DNA of 64,000 nucleotides from an uncultured delta proteobacterium (GTDB taxonomy: Bacteria > Myxococcota_A > Polyangia > Polyangiales > Polyangiaceae). Positions within the stretch are counted from its first letter, which is position 1, and each line of letters opens with the position of its first letter. Location: NCBI GenBank assembly GCA_963850305.1, contig CAWKKR010000007.1, positions 896,001 to 960,000 on the forward strand, in the 5' to 3' direction. A program made the position numbers and the translations under genes. Positions 16,860 to 30,198 of this stretch are shown one piece after another. The notes under the pieces are model-generated. The model did not search any database. It saw only the letters and a list, made by a program, of their open reading frames with translations, and had not been told where the DNA came from.

Positions 16860-18164
16860 TCAGCACGGGCTCCCGGTACAGGCACGCCCGGCGACTACCG
16901 GCTTACCGTCCGTACCGACCGCGATGCTCTGCACCACGGCGTTCTTTCCCGAGATACCGGTGAGAGCTCTCCCTCCGCTGTAGGCGGTGTCCACCGCGAA
17001 TGTGCCGCCTAGGACCCTCACGCTCGCGAACTCCTCGAACGAGCCGACGTGAGCGTTGCCGCCGATGTAGAAGTTGACGCCGGTCGTCGCGACGTGCCAT
17101 GACGGAATGAAATTCGCGACGACCGATGTCCCCGACAACGCGTCGAACATCACCTGGTCCGAAACCCCATCCGCGAGTCGAGCGACGAGCACATTCGCCC
17201 CCGAGCCGAAGTCCGACAGATTGTCAGGTCGACCGACGACGATCATGCGGTTTGAGGAATCGTATGCGACTCCGGTCGCGCGCTGGTTTCCGACCACCGT
17301 TATGTTGATCAGTTTGATGCCTCCGGTCCCAAACGAGGTGTCTAGAGCACCCGCGGACGTATAGCGAGCAACCCCCATGACTTGTTTGCCCATCATGGAG
17401 CTAATGGGCGGGGTCTCTCCCACGACCGCGATGCGCCCGTTCGAGTCGCAGGCGAGATCATACGCCACGCTGCCGTTGCCGCTGCTGAACGTGCCGGCGA
17501 AATCCCCTTCCACGACGGATCCAATGCGGCTCCCGTTGCTATTCAGTCGGGCAACATAGAATCCCGGTTCTCCGTCGCCTAGATCCGCGTCGTTCGCCAG
17601 GACGGCGTACGTGCCGTCGGCCCGTCGTTTGAGCGAATAACCGGCAGCGCCGGACGCTCCGCTGAAGGGTTCGCTCGGGACAGGGAAGGTGCTGTCCACG
17701 GCGCCGGTCCCCGTGAAGCGAACCATGAACGTCGTGAAAGAGCCGTCGGGGTCGTCGATCGAATTGCCGAGTACGGCAATCGCATTCTCGGACGACCCGG
17801 CGGGCGTCAGTGCGATCGAGACTGCCTCTTCATACTGTGCGGAGGAATCGAATTGATACGAGGTGATGCCACCGAAGCCAAAGGATGTGTCCACAGAACC
17901 ATTGGTGTTAAGTCGTCCCACTAGCAAGTGCGATTTGTTGCTGGAATCGTAAACGAAGCCTGCCTCGACGATCTTCCCGTTCGAAGCGACTGCGACCGCC
18001 GTGGCTTGGTCAAACGGGCCACCGCCAAGGGGAGCTTGAAAGTCCACCGTGCCCGTGGTCGTGTATCGGATCGTCTCCGTGTACGCATGAGCTTGGCGTT
18101 CCCCCGCCGTGACCACCAATGACGCGCAGCCCATCCCCAGTACCCAGTGCGCAATTCTCATCAT
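16860..18164 (-). CDS. Secreted delta-60 repeat (beta-propeller-like) protein
   Basis: Signal ..QAHA; repeats NGKIVEAG..GRLNTNGSVDTSFG, VRFTGTGAVDSTF, ARLNSNGS, ARYTSAGALDTSFGTGG, DGKPVVAG. Confidence 0.82.
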   Translation of the reverse strand: MMRIAHWVLGMGCASLVVTAGERQAHAYTETIRYTTTGTVDFQAPLGGGPFDQATAVAVASNGKIVEAGFVYDSSNKSHLLVGRLNTNGSVDTSFGFGGITSYQFDSSAQYEEAVSIALTPAGSSENAIAVLGNSIDDPDGSFTTFMVRFTGTGAVDSTFPVPSEPFSGASGAAGYSLKRRADGTYAVLANDADLGDGEPGFYVARLNSNGSRIGSVVEGDFAGTFSSGNGSVAYDLACDSNGRIAVVGETPPISSMMGKQVMGVARYTSAGALDTSFGTGGIKLINITVVGNQRATGVAYDSSNRMIVVGRPDNLSDFGSGANVLVARLADGVSDQVMFDALSGTSVVANFIPSWHVATTGVNFYIGGNAHVGSFEEFASVRVLGGTFAVDTAYSGGRALTGISGKNAVVQSIAVGTDGKPVVAGRACTGSPC

Positions 18165-18624
18165 GTTGTTTCCCCTTTATCCCTTTTTCAATTGTGCGCC
18201 CACCGCGACGCACTTCCCGACCTAGCCTAGTCTAGTAAGCCGGCCGATGCAATCAGTCAACGTCTATCGTGACGTCGCGCGCGGCGGCCAGATGCCACGA
18301 TGGCGGGCGTGACGGAAGCGTCGTCGCAGCGTCGCCACTGCGGTAAGCAAGCGTTCGGGCGCGTTTAGCGGTCTTCTCGCGCCCGGGGCTGGCACAAGCT
18401 CCGTATTCTTGGAGCAGAAGAGCGATGGAACGATCAATAACCCGACGCCGTCACGGCGTGGCTCAAACATACGTCAACGGAGCTGCGCGACCTGAAAGCT
18501 TGATCGCCATCACGAAAGGTCGCTCAAAGGTCCCCCACTCAACCCGCCGGCCCTCCGCCGGCCCCCGCCGTCCGGCGCCGGCCCCGAGCCGTCAGGCCGG
18601 GAGTTTTCTTACATTCCGTGAGTG

Positions 18625-20352
18625 TCAGCCGGGCACGCCGCGCGCCTTGTTGTACTTCGCGTGGGCCCAGAACTCTTTGAGCGTCCGCGGACCTTGCGGC
18701 TCCTTGATTGTCCACCGGCGCGGGCCGATCTCTTCGTCGAGCTGCCGCTTCATCATGGCGAACGTGTTCGCGTCGGCTTTGCAGCGAGCCGCCGTCGGAT
18801 CGACCCGGTAGATCTTGGCCGCGTTCAACCCGAAGATCTTGTTCTTGATGGCCTGCGTGATCGGCGGGTAGCCGTACGTCTGCTGGTACTCGTCGGTGAT
18901 CGTGAAGGAGCGGAACATCTCGATCTGGCTCTGCGGGCTGCCCGACAAGATGCAGTCCGTGCCCCAGACGATGTTGTCTTCGCCAAGGTACTTCAGGAGC
19001 TTGCCGATGTAGTGCTGCGCTTGGTTGGTGTCGCCCATCACCTGGCTCCATGCGCTGCCCATCTCGGCGAACACGTTCAGGCGAACGCCTGACTTCTTCG
19101 TGCCGGGGCTGTCCGGATCGTCGATTACACCCTTCTCGATGAGATCGCGGATCAGCATATTGACGCCCGTGACTGGGCCCGTCGGCGCGTAAGGCACGTC
19201 CTCTGTCTTGGTCGGCGCCAGGGCAGAGATGGCGGTGCCGCCGGTTCCTGCATTGATCGCGGAGTGGTAGATGACGAAGTTCGCTTCTTGATAATCGAGA
19301 GCGACGGTGCCGACGTCCGTGGGCTCGTTGTGCGTGACGTCGAAGCCCGGGATCGGAAGGCCCTTGTGGACGGCGAAGTTCGGCACTCCGAGCTTCAGCC
19401 CCGCCTCGATGAACCTCCGGCCCACCGGATCCGTCAGATAGTACCCAGCGGCCTGACCGCTCGCGTTCGGGTACGTGTCAGAGGTCCACGCCGGGTACGC
19501 CTTCCAGGAGCCGCAGCGCCATGCCGGATCCGCCATCGCGGCCTGCATGCCCTCGATCTGGAGCTCGATGAAATCGTTCGGCATGACCTGCACCTGATTG
19601 AGCACGCGCTGGGACATGTCCTTCTGGTTGATCCAATCGCGTAGATCCCGCATGCCCTCGTTCGACAGCGGCAAGCCACACCCGGCGGGTGCCTGACCGA
19701 GCAGGGAGCGCTCGGGAGAAAAGCACATTGCGGCGGGCCACGACGTGATCACCGACACCGTCGTGTCGCTGTCCACGAACATCAGCTCCGCGTAGTGAGT
19801 CTGGTCGAAGCAATCGAGCTTGTCGGCTTCCGTGCAGCTGGTCTGCCCGCCGGCGATCAGATTGAGGAAGATGGGGTAAGCGACGTTCTGCGTGCGCCAG
19901 GGGCCGTTGTCGAAGGAGTGCGTCTGTACGTCCATGATGAACTCTTTGCCGGCAGTTCCGTCCGTCTGGATGTACGCGCTCGGATCGCAGGTCGCCTCCG
20001 GCGGCACCAGGTACGGCCCTTCGATGCCGTACTTCTGCTGGCCGGTCGAGGAACCCGCGTCCGCGCCGCTCGAGCCCGAGTTGCTGCTCGAACAGCCGAA
20101 CTGGTTGATCGCGGCCATCGTCATGGCCATGCCCATCGAGCTCGCGAGAAACTCGCGGCGATCCATCCCGAGGTAACGAGACTGGTCGTCGGCGCGACGC
20201 AGAATTTCCTTGCGCAGCTTGGCCTGATGCTTCGTCTGCGTGTGGAAATATTCGCCGTTCGAGATGTTGTTGAACCAGACCGGCGGCTCGAGCGGGTACT
20301 CGGGATCGGTCTTCTTCCGCAGCTTCAGCCAGGGGAACTTCGTCTTTGCCAT
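18625..20352 (-). CDS. Amidohydrolase family (Amidohydro_2-like) protein with internal twin-arginine signal
   Basis: ATG 20352 after GAGGAG; MDRREFLASS..FGC; metal-site motifs DVQTH, VHKG, IYHS, WGTD; KIFGLNAAKIY. Confidence 0.85.
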   Translation of the reverse strand: MAKTKFPWLKLRKKTDPEYPLEPPVWFNNISNGEYFHTQTKHQAKLRKEILRRADDQSRYLGMDRREFLASSMGMAMTMAAINQFGCSSSNSGSSGADAGSSTGQQKYGIEGPYLVPPEATCDPSAYIQTDGTAGKEFIMDVQTHSFDNGPWRTQNVAYPIFLNLIAGGQTSCTEADKLDCFDQTHYAELMFVDSDTTVSVITSWPAAMCFSPERSLLGQAPAGCGLPLSNEGMRDLRDWINQKDMSQRVLNQVQVMPNDFIELQIEGMQAAMADPAWRCGSWKAYPAWTSDTYPNASGQAAGYYLTDPVGRRFIEAGLKLGVPNFAVHKGLPIPGFDVTHNEPTDVGTVALDYQEANFVIYHSAINAGTGGTAISALAPTKTEDVPYAPTGPVTGVNMLIRDLIEKGVIDDPDSPGTKKSGVRLNVFAEMGSAWSQVMGDTNQAQHYIGKLLKYLGEDNIVWGTDCILSGSPQSQIEMFRSFTITDEYQQTYGYPPITQAIKNKIFGLNAAKIYRVDPTAARCKADANTFAMMKRQLDEEIGPRRWTIKEPQGPRTLKEFWAHAKYNKARGVPG

Positions 20353-20368
20353 CGTCCGGCTCCTCGTC

Positions 20369-20947
20369 TTATGGGGTTGGGCAGTTGGCGCCGGTGGCGC
20401 ACGTGTTGAGACTGTTGACCAGGTAGGTGGAGAGCCCTGTGTTGCCCCACTTGTCGAAGATCGGGGTGCACCCCGCTGGGTGGGCGGGCGTCGTCGTCGG
20501 CGTGAGGTAACAGGTGTACGGATCGCTGCAACCGACGTCTTGCGTGCACTGTCGCATCTCGCGACAGCCCTGGAGCGCGTCGCACTGGTGGACGAGCTGG
20601 AGACAATTGTCGCACTCGCAGTCGCGCACGTTCGCAGGTGCAGCAGTGTGGAGCCCACCGGCGTCCGGGATGTCGAACGCCTTGCAAGCGGCGGTCAAAG
20701 CCGGCACGCCCGCGTCTTCCGCTATGCCCCACGGCTCCGCGACCGTGTCGTAAGCGAACGACGCGGGAACCGGCCCTGCGTCATAATCCTGCACTGTGTA
20801 TTGCTCGGAGCTCCCGCCGTCAGAAGCGCCAGTGGTCGGCTTCTTGTTGTCGGTGATGTCCTTGGAGCAGGCCGTCACGCCGAACAGCGCAGCGGCAGTT
20901 GCAATCACGACGAGTTTCGTCGCCGTCTCAAGAGGTCGCCTAGACAT
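20369..20947 (-). CDS. Cys-rich lipoprotein, co-oriented upstream of the amidohydrolase
   Basis: Lipobox VTAC; CxCxxC..C....C....C....C....C pattern; 16 bp gap to the next gene. Confidence 0.7.
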   Translation of the reverse strand: MSRRPLETATKLVVIATAAALFGVTACSKDITDNKKPTTGASDGGSSEQYTVQDYDAGPVPASFAYDTVAEPWGIAEDAGVPALTAACKAFDIPDAGGLHTAAPANVRDCECDNCLQLVHQCDALQGCREMRQCTQDVGCSDPYTCYLTPTTTPAHPAGCTPIFDKWGNTGLSTYLVNSLNTCATGANCPTP

Positions 20948-21219
20948 TGGGATTACTCGATAACACGAAACTCGGCCCTGTGACAACCGTTCGGTACAGA
21001 TGCGGCCATCCGGTTAAATTTGGATAAATATTCATCGATATCAGTATTTTATCTGACATGTCAGCTCCCGACCCAGGCTCACCGCGACGAGCGGAATGCC
21101 GCTCATCCTGCGCGCCAGCCTATCAAAGAATGAAAGACTGCACAGCCCCGATTGCCATGCCACGAGAATACCGGAGGGCCTCGCCGACCGGATCGGCCAC
21201 GACGGGCCACTTGGAGCAG

Positions 21220-21864
21220 ATGCGTGAGCGAGCGCGTCAGCGCACTGCCGGCCTTGCGCTGGTGAGCGCATTGCTCGCGGGCGGCTGTACCGGGAGCGCG
21301 CACGCAAGTGCGGACGAGAGACCCAAGTCCTACGGACGGGATGCTTCGTTAGATGCGCGACCGCCCCCCGTGAGCCCGCCGACCACGGGTCCGCCGACGT
21401 ACGCTCCGACGTTCGCGGCGGTGTACGGAGAGATTCTACTCCCGACGTGCGGCCTCCTTTTTTGCCACGGGTCGGGCGGATTCTTCGAGCTCGACACGAG
21501 AGCGAATGCCTACGCGACGTTGGTCGGTGTGCCGGCGTCGAGCTTCGACTGCGCGCCGACTCATCTTCTTCGAATCGATCCCGGCCATCCGGAGAGTAGC
21601 CTCGTGTATCTGAAGGTGACGACACCGCCCTGCGGGGCGCGGATGCCCCTCACGTTCGGCGGCAGCGGACAGCTGAACCGTCGACAGCTAGCGCAGCTGA
21701 AGCAATGGATCGAGCGCGGCGCGCCCGACGATTCCATCTGGGACAGCGGTGAGGCTCCGCTGGAAGACGCGGGTGCGGACGCGAGGCCGGTCGCCGATGC
21801 CAGCGGCGACCAGGACGCCCGAGTCGAAGCGAGCGACGGAGGCGACGACGCCAGCGGGGACTGA
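21220..21864 (+). CDS. Lipoprotein with planctomycete-type monoheme cytochrome c-like domain (CX4CH)
   Basis: GGAG RBS, lipobox AGGC, PTFAAVY..CGLLFCHG..RIDPGHPESSL..RMP..QWIERGA. Confidence 0.62.
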   Translation: MRERARQRTAGLALVSALLAGGCTGSAHASADERPKSYGRDASLDARPPPVSPPTTGPPTYAPTFAAVYGEILLPTCGLLFCHGSGGFFELDTRANAYATLVGVPASSFDCAPTHLLRIDPGHPESSLVYLKVTTPPCGARMPLTFGGSGQLNRRQLAQLKQWIERGAPDDSIWDSGEAPLEDAGADARPVADASGDQDARVEASDGGDDASGD

Positions 21865-21928
21865 CGGAGGCGCGCGTAACTTCGTTTTCCTTGTACTCGA
21901 CGCCTTCACCCGAGGTACGAAACCCGTC

Positions 21929-23415
21929 GTGTCGAAGGCGACGTCGGTTTTCGCGCTGATGGTGGGGCTCTTGGTCGTCGGGATCCCGCGGCCGGCCAGC
22001 GCCGCGGACGAGCTCGCGCCGGACGTGGCCACGGCGTTCGATCTGTCGACGTTTGCGACGGGGCTCGTGCTGCCGACGGCGATCGAGTTCTTGCCGGACG
22101 GGCGGCTCGTCATCACCGAAAAGCTGGGGCAAGTGCTCGTGCATCTGCCGAACGGGACGATGGTCGAAGCGGGGAAGTTCGACGTGGATTCCCACACGGA
22201 AAAGGGACTCCTCAACGTCATCCGGCACCCCGACTTCGTTCATAACCATCAGCTTATCTTCTTCTATTCGTCGGCGAGCGCGCCGGAGACGGACAAGCAG
22301 AAGATCTCCATCGTTCGACTGGGGGACGACAATCACCTGGATTTTTCGACCGAGCGGGTGCTCGTCAAGGACCTTCGAGGGCCGGACGATCACGAGATGG
22401 GCGGCGGTCTTGCGATCGACAAGGAAGGGAACCTCCTGATCGGCGTCGGCGACACGGGGTGCCGGGCTCACAAGCATCCCGAACCGCCCTATGCCCCGAC
22501 GAATTACTTCGCGACGTGCCTCACGAACGGCAACGGGAAGATCCTGCGCGTCGGACTCGACGGCTCGATTCCGGCCGATAACCCGCTGGTGAACGTCCCG
22601 CTCGCGACGACGTGCGGCGAAAGGTGCGGTGACGATCCTTTCTCGATCGCGCCCAGCACGCCGCGAAAGGACATCTGGGTGTGGGGGCTCAGAAACCCCT
22701 GGCGGATCTGGGTCGATCCGAAGACGGGATACGCGTGGACCGCCGACGTCGGTGACATCACGAACGAAGAGATCGACGTCATTCCCCCCGAAGGCGGCCG
22801 GGACTACGGCTGGCCCTGGCGCGAGGGCAGTGCGGGCCATGCGCTGACGCGCAGTGCAAGAAGACGCTCCCGGATCGCGGGAACTGCGCGGAACCCGCAT
22901 ACTTCTGCCGGCACGACGACGCTCCGGGGGACGCCGACGCGGGCTGCAAGTCGATCAACGGCGGGCTCATCGTCGATGATTGCCGCTGGCCCGATGGGTA
23001 CCGCGGGCGGTATTTTTTTGCCGACAATGCGAATGGTCGGATCTGGTCGCTCGCGCCGACGCCGGATCGCAGGTCCATCGTCAAGGGGAGCCGCAAGGAC
23101 GTCGGGCACGCGGACGGCTTCGTCGTCGACATGGACACGGGTCCGGACGGGGCGCTGTATCTCGCCGTGATGCGCATCCCGCCCGACGCGAGCAAGGTGC
23201 TGCGCATCGCACCGAAGGTGCCCCGGCGATGCGGCGAAGCTGCCGCGTCGCAGGCTGCAATCACCGCCGGGTCCGGCGCGCTCGCTCCCGTCGTCGCGGG
23301 GACGCCGCCGGTCTCGCAGGCGCGTCGCTCGCGACGCCGGCTCGTCTTCGGCGCGATCGCCGCGCTCGCTCTCCTCGTCGCCGCCGGGATCGCCCTGAGC
23401 TCCCGGTCGTCGTAG
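21929..23415 (+). CDS. PQQ-dependent glucose/sorbosone dehydrogenase family protein (frameshift near 22850), C-terminal TM anchor
   Basis: PTAIEFLPDG, EKGLL, NGKILR, IPADNP, WGLRNPWR, DVG, EEID, DYGWP. Continues in another frame (YRGRYFFAD..GRIW..GPDGALY) into ORF 23131-23415. Confidence 0.85.
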
Positions 23416-24402
23416 TCACGCCAGGGGCACGCGCTCGCGGATATAGTCGCCGATCTCGTCGATGGCGGCCGAACCCTGGGGCACCATGAAGGCGAAGAGC
23501 TGCCACACGTGAATCATGTCTTCCCAGATCCGGAAGGTGACGTCGACGCCGGCTTGCCGGGCACGTTCGGCGATCCGTCGCGAATCGTCGAGCAAGGTTT
23601 CCGCGGACCCGACCTGGATGAGGAGCGGCGGCAAGCGCTCGAGGTTCGCGTAGAGCGGCGCCGCGAGCGGGTTGCGGACGTCCTCGTCCTTCACGAACCG
23701 CTTTCGATATTGGTGCAGCGCGCGACGGCAGATGTAGTCGTACCTGTCGTTTTCGTCGATGGTGGCGCCGAGGCCCTCGAGGTCGACCCAGGGCGACATG
23801 CAGACCCCCGCGGCGGGAAGCGGAACGCCCGAGTCGCGGAGCTTGACCAGCGTCGAGAGCACGAGCCCGCCTCCCGCGGAATCGCCGGCGATCACGATGC
23901 GTCGCGGGTTGATTTCTTGCCCGAGCATCCAGGCGAAAGCGTTCGTCGCGTCCTCGAGCTGAGCGGGGAATTTGTGCTCCGGGGCCAGCCGGTAATCGAT
24001 GGCCAACGCGTTCGCTCGACTCGCACGGCAAACCCGCGCCAGGAGGTCGCGGTGCGTGTCGATCGAGCCGAGCCCGTAGCCACCCCCGTGGAGAAAGAGG
24101 ATGACCGCGCCGCGCTCTGCGTCTTCGCGACGGAACCACTCGCCGGGGATGCCCCCGACGGACACCTTCTCGAAGGTCGTTTCTTGGTAGATGGGCGAGC
24201 TCGGCAGTCCAAGAATGACGGACCGCGTCGAACGCCGCTGCGCCTCGAGCGGTAAGCGGATGATGCGCTGCGAGGTGTGGTGGAAGACCTCCGCGAGCGT
24301 CTCGAACGTCGGGTCCCACGTCGGCCTCAGCGGCCCGGACATCTTCCGGCGCAGGTTGACCGCGGCGCGAAATCCGCGGATCAAATTCCAGAACGGCGAC
24401 AC
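23416..24402 (-). CDS. Alpha/beta hydrolase, HSL-family (family IV) esterase
   Basis: LHGGG, IDYRLAPEH, AGDSAGG, SPWVDL, ETLLDD, MIHVW. Confidence 0.93.
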   Translation of the reverse strand: MSPFWNLIRGFRAAVNLRRKMSGPLRPTWDPTFETLAEVFHHTSQRIIRLPLEAQRRSTRSVILGLPSSPIYQETTFEKVSVGGIPGEWFRREDAERGAVILFLHGGGYGLGSIDTHRDLLARVCRASRANALAIDYRLAPEHKFPAQLEDATNAFAWMLGQEINPRRIVIAGDSAGGGLVLSTLVKLRDSGVPLPAAGVCMSPWVDLEGLGATIDENDRYDYICRRALHQYRKRFVKDEDVRNPLAAPLYANLERLPPLLIQVGSAETLLDDSRRIAERARQAGVDVTFRIWEDMIHVWQLFAFMVPQGSAAIDEIGDYIRERVPLA

Positions 24403-24514
24403 GACAGCCTTCTACAGCGAAAACCGTGCCGGCAGGTCCGGGAAAGTGAGCCGCCAGATGGCCCGGGAACGCGGATCGCGTAAGATGCGGGCGCCATTCC
24501 GACCCGCGCGATCG

Positions 24515-25739
<1,225 letters not shown>

Positions 25740-25744
25740 GGGTC

Positions 25745-26992
25745 ATGCAGATCGCGACGCCCGGGCGTCCTCACATTTCCTACTGCACGAACATCCATCC
25801 CGCCGAGTCGCTCGCGGAGACTCGAACCGCCGTGGAAGACCACGTGGCTCGGGTGAAGTTGCTGCTCGGCATGTCGGAGCCTTTCGGCGTCGGTCTGCGG
25901 CTCTCCGCGCGGGCGGCGACGGAGCTCGACGAGCCGGCCGCGCTCGCCGAGTTCCAGGCCCTCCTGGCTCACCATGGACTCTACGTGTTCACTGTGAACG
26001 GCTTTCCTTTTGGCGCCTTCCACGGCGAGCGCGTCAAGGAGGCCGTCTACAGGCCGGATTGGCTCGAGCCGGAGCGCGTCGCTTACACGGACCGGCTCGC
26101 GCGCCTCCTCGCGCGGCTCCTTCCGGAGGGGACGAACGGAAGTATCAGCACCGTGCCGGGTGCCTTTCGCGCGCGCGCCGCGGACGGCGCGGCGGCCGAG
26201 GCGATCACGCGCGGCATCCTCGCCCACGCGGCCGCTCTCCTTCGGATCCGGGAGCAAGAGGGCAAGCTCGTCGAGCTGGCCCTCGAGCCAGAGCCTTGCT
26301 GCTTTCTCGAGACCGTGGAGGACGTGGTTCGATTTTTCGAGCAACGTGTCTTCACGCGCGAGGCGCTCGGTCATTTCTCGGCTCTCACCGGCACGACCGG
26401 ATCGGTCGCCGAGGACTTTCTGCGACGACACGTCGGGGTTTGCGTGGACGCGTGTCATCTGGCCGTCGAGTTCGAAGACGCCCGAGCGGCCATCAGTCGC
26501 CTTCGCGGTGCGGGCATTCGCGTCGGCAAGATCCAGGTGACGTCCGCGCTTCGCGTCGAACTCTCCGGCAATGCCCTCCGCGACGAAGCGACGTTCGCCT
26601 CGCTCGCGCGGTTCGATGACGGCGTCTATCTGCATCAGGTCGTCGAGAGGTCGGAGACGGGGATCGTTCGTCACCTGGACTTGCCGGATGCGATGGCCGC
26701 GAGCCGAGCGCAGCGCTCGAGAGCGGAGTGGCGCGTGCACTTCCACGTCCCGGTGTTCGCCGAGACGCTCGGGGCGTTCGCGAGCACGCAGCCGTTCCTG
26801 CGCGATCTGCTCGACATCGTGAAGAAGGAACCGACGAGCGAGCATCTCGAGGTCGAGACGTACACGTGGGATGTGCTTCCCGAAGAGCACCGCGGTATCG
26901 ACGTGGACGTCGCGATCACGCGCGAACTCGCGTGGACCTTGCGGCAGCTGGGACAGCCGGCGACAGCGCCGCGCGTGGGCGAGGGATCGTGA
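25745..26992 (+). CDS. eboE: EboE, xylose-isomerase-like TIM barrel metabolite traffic protein
   Basis: YCTNIHP, GVGLRLS, NGFPFGAFH..VKEAVYRPDW, LEPEPCC, DACHLAVEFE, YLHQV, EWRVHFHVP, HLEVETYTWDVLP. Confidence 0.9.
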   Translation: MQIATPGRPHISYCTNIHPAESLAETRTAVEDHVARVKLLLGMSEPFGVGLRLSARAATELDEPAALAEFQALLAHHGLYVFTVNGFPFGAFHGERVKEAVYRPDWLEPERVAYTDRLARLLARLLPEGTNGSISTVPGAFRARAADGAAAEAITRGILAHAAALLRIREQEGKLVELALEPEPCCFLETVEDVVRFFEQRVFTREALGHFSALTGTTGSVAEDFLRRHVGVCVDACHLAVEFEDARAAISRLRGAGIRVGKIQVTSALRVELSGNALRDEATFASLARFDDGVYLHQVVERSETGIVRHLDLPDAMAASRAQRSRAEWRVHFHVPVFAETLGAFASTQPFLRDLLDIVKKEPTSEHLEVETYTWDVLPEEHRGIDVDVAITRELAWTLRQLGQPATAPRVGEGS

Positions 26993-27874
26993 CGGCACCC
27001 GCGGCGTCGCGGCCGCGCCTGTATCTCAAGCTCGGGCGCGTCTCGAACCTGCCGACCGTCGCGACGAACACGCTCGCCGGGGTCGTGCTCGGCGGGGGTT
27101 CCCGCGACCTTCCGACGGTGTCGACCCTGGCCGTCGCCCTGTCGCTCTTCTACGTCGGAGGGATGTTCCTCAACGACGCGTTCGACCGCGGCATCGATGC
27201 CCGCGAGCGGCCGGAACGCCCGATTCCATCGGGGCAGATCGCCGCGGGCGAGGTGTTCGGGGTCGGATTTGGTTTGCTCGGCGTGGGATGGGCGCTGCTC
27301 GTTCTCTGTGCGGCGCGACACGGGACCGCCGCGAGCTCCGCCGTTGCGGGCCTCGTCCTCGGCGCGCTCATCATACTCTACGACGCGTGGCACAAGCAAA
27401 ACCCGTTCTCTCCCGTCGTCATGGGCGCGTGTCGCGGCGCGGTCTACGTCGCGGCCGCGCTCGGGATCGGGTGGGGGACTTTCGAGCAATCCGGGACGCG
27501 GAGCGATCGTCGTCGCTGCTTATGTCATCGGGCTCACGTTCGTGGCGCGTCAGGAGAACCGACGGAGCTTTCGTGCCGGAGCTACCCTGGCGCTCATCGC
27601 GTCGCCCATCGCCGTCGCCGTCCTCGGTCCCTCCATGACGTGGGTCGCGTGGGTCGCCCTGGGCGGCTTCGTGGTCTGGGCCGCGACGGCGCTCGTGCCT
27701 CTCTTCGCGTCCGAGCGCCCGAACATTCCGCGCACGGTCGTTCGACTGATCGCCGGCGTGTCGCTCGTCGATGCGCTGCTCGCCGCAGCCTATGGCGCTC
27801 CCTGGGTCGCGCCGCTCGGGCTGGTCGGACTGCTGACGACGCTCGGGCTGCAGCGCTGGGTTCGCGGGACGTAG
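26989..27874 (+). CDS. eboC: EboC, UbiA-family prenyltransferase (frameshift near 27470)
   Basis: GTGA overlap with eboE; LGRVSNLPT, GMFLNDAFDRGIDARERPERPIPSG, YDAWHK, MGACRG; continues in another frame (YVIGLTFVARQE..LIAGVSLVDA..LQRWVRGT). Confidence 0.85.
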
Positions 27875-27881
27875 CGGTCCG

Positions 27882-29249
<1,368 letters not shown>

Positions 29250-29309
29250 CGCAGGACCGAGGTTCACATTTCGGGGCCGGGCCGAGAAGAGGCACGTACG
29301 CTTCGCTGC

Positions 29310-30065
29310 ATGAACGTGCATCTCGAACCCCAGGGTCCTGTCTCGGTGCTCACGCTCGATCGCCCCGAGCGCCGCAACGCCGTCGATCGAGCGACCGCGG
29401 CCGCGCTCCTCACGGCGTTTCGCGCCTTCGAGGCCGATGAGTCGGCTCGTGTTCTCGTCGTGGCAGGACGGCCCGAGACGTTCTGCGCGGGAGCGGACCT
29501 CAAGGCGATGGACAACGACGTCGACGCAGACGGAGGCCCGATGGGGTTCACGCGGCTCCAGGCGTCCAAGCCGACCATCGCCGCCATCGAAGGTTGGTGC
29601 GTCGCGGGCGGCCTCGAGATCGCCCTCTGGTGCGATCTCCGCATCGCCTCCCGCGCCGCGCGGTTCGGTTGTCTCGAGCGGCGCTGGGGCGTGCCGCTCA
29701 TCGACGGGGGCACGCAGCGTCTCGGGCGCGTGATCGGCGTCGGCCGCGCCCTCGACTGGATCCTCACCGGCCGCGTCGTCGAAGCCGAGGAAGCCGAACG
29801 AACGGGCTTCGTCACACGGCTCGTCGAGCCGGGCGAAGCCCGGGCCCAGGCGGTGGAACTCGGGAAAACCATTGCCGGCTTCCCCTGGTCCACGGTGCTC
29901 GCGGATCGCGGGTCACTCTACGAGGGTCTGGGGCGCCCGATCGAAGAGGGGCTACGCATCGAGGCCAAGCGGGGCATGGAGGCGCTCCGCGACGGCGCCG
30001 TCGGCGCGCAGCGCTTCGCGACGGGGGAGGGCCGCCATGGGCAGGGTCCGCGACGCGGCGCATGA
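29310..30065 (+). CDS. Enoyl-CoA hydratase/isomerase (crotonase) family protein
   Basis: LDRPERRNA, FCAGADL, KPTIAAIEGWCVAGGLE, RRWGVPLIDGGT, LTGR. Confidence 0.93.
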   Translation: MNVHLEPQGPVSVLTLDRPERRNAVDRATAAALLTAFRAFEADESARVLVVAGRPETFCAGADLKAMDNDVDADGGPMGFTRLQASKPTIAAIEGWCVAGGLEIALWCDLRIASRAARFGCLERRWGVPLIDGGTQRLGRVIGVGRALDWILTGRVVEAEEAERTGFVTRLVEPGEARAQAVELGKTIAGFPWSTVLADRGSLYEGLGRPIEEGLRIEAKRGMEALRDGAVGAQRFATGEGRHGQGPRRGA

Positions 30066-30198
30066 AATCCATCCCTGGCTGGCGGTCCCGATATTTGCAG
30101 CTAGAACTAATTTCCGTCGGGGAACGGCTGAAAAGCGGGGCCCAGAGGTTTAGGCTGTGACCCGACCGGAATCTCGCGCGTATGCCACTCAAGGAGAC

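Noticed and set aside
18486..18600. Structured RNA or repeat between the delta-60 gene and the amidohydrolase
   Set aside because: One 7-bp stem and a loose CGCCGG 10-bp periodicity, explainable by GC richness; no family motif recognised.
20353..20658. N-terminal extension of the amidohydrolase (677-aa ORF)
   Set aside because: It overlaps the Cys-rich lipoprotein gene; a good RBS supports ATG 20352.
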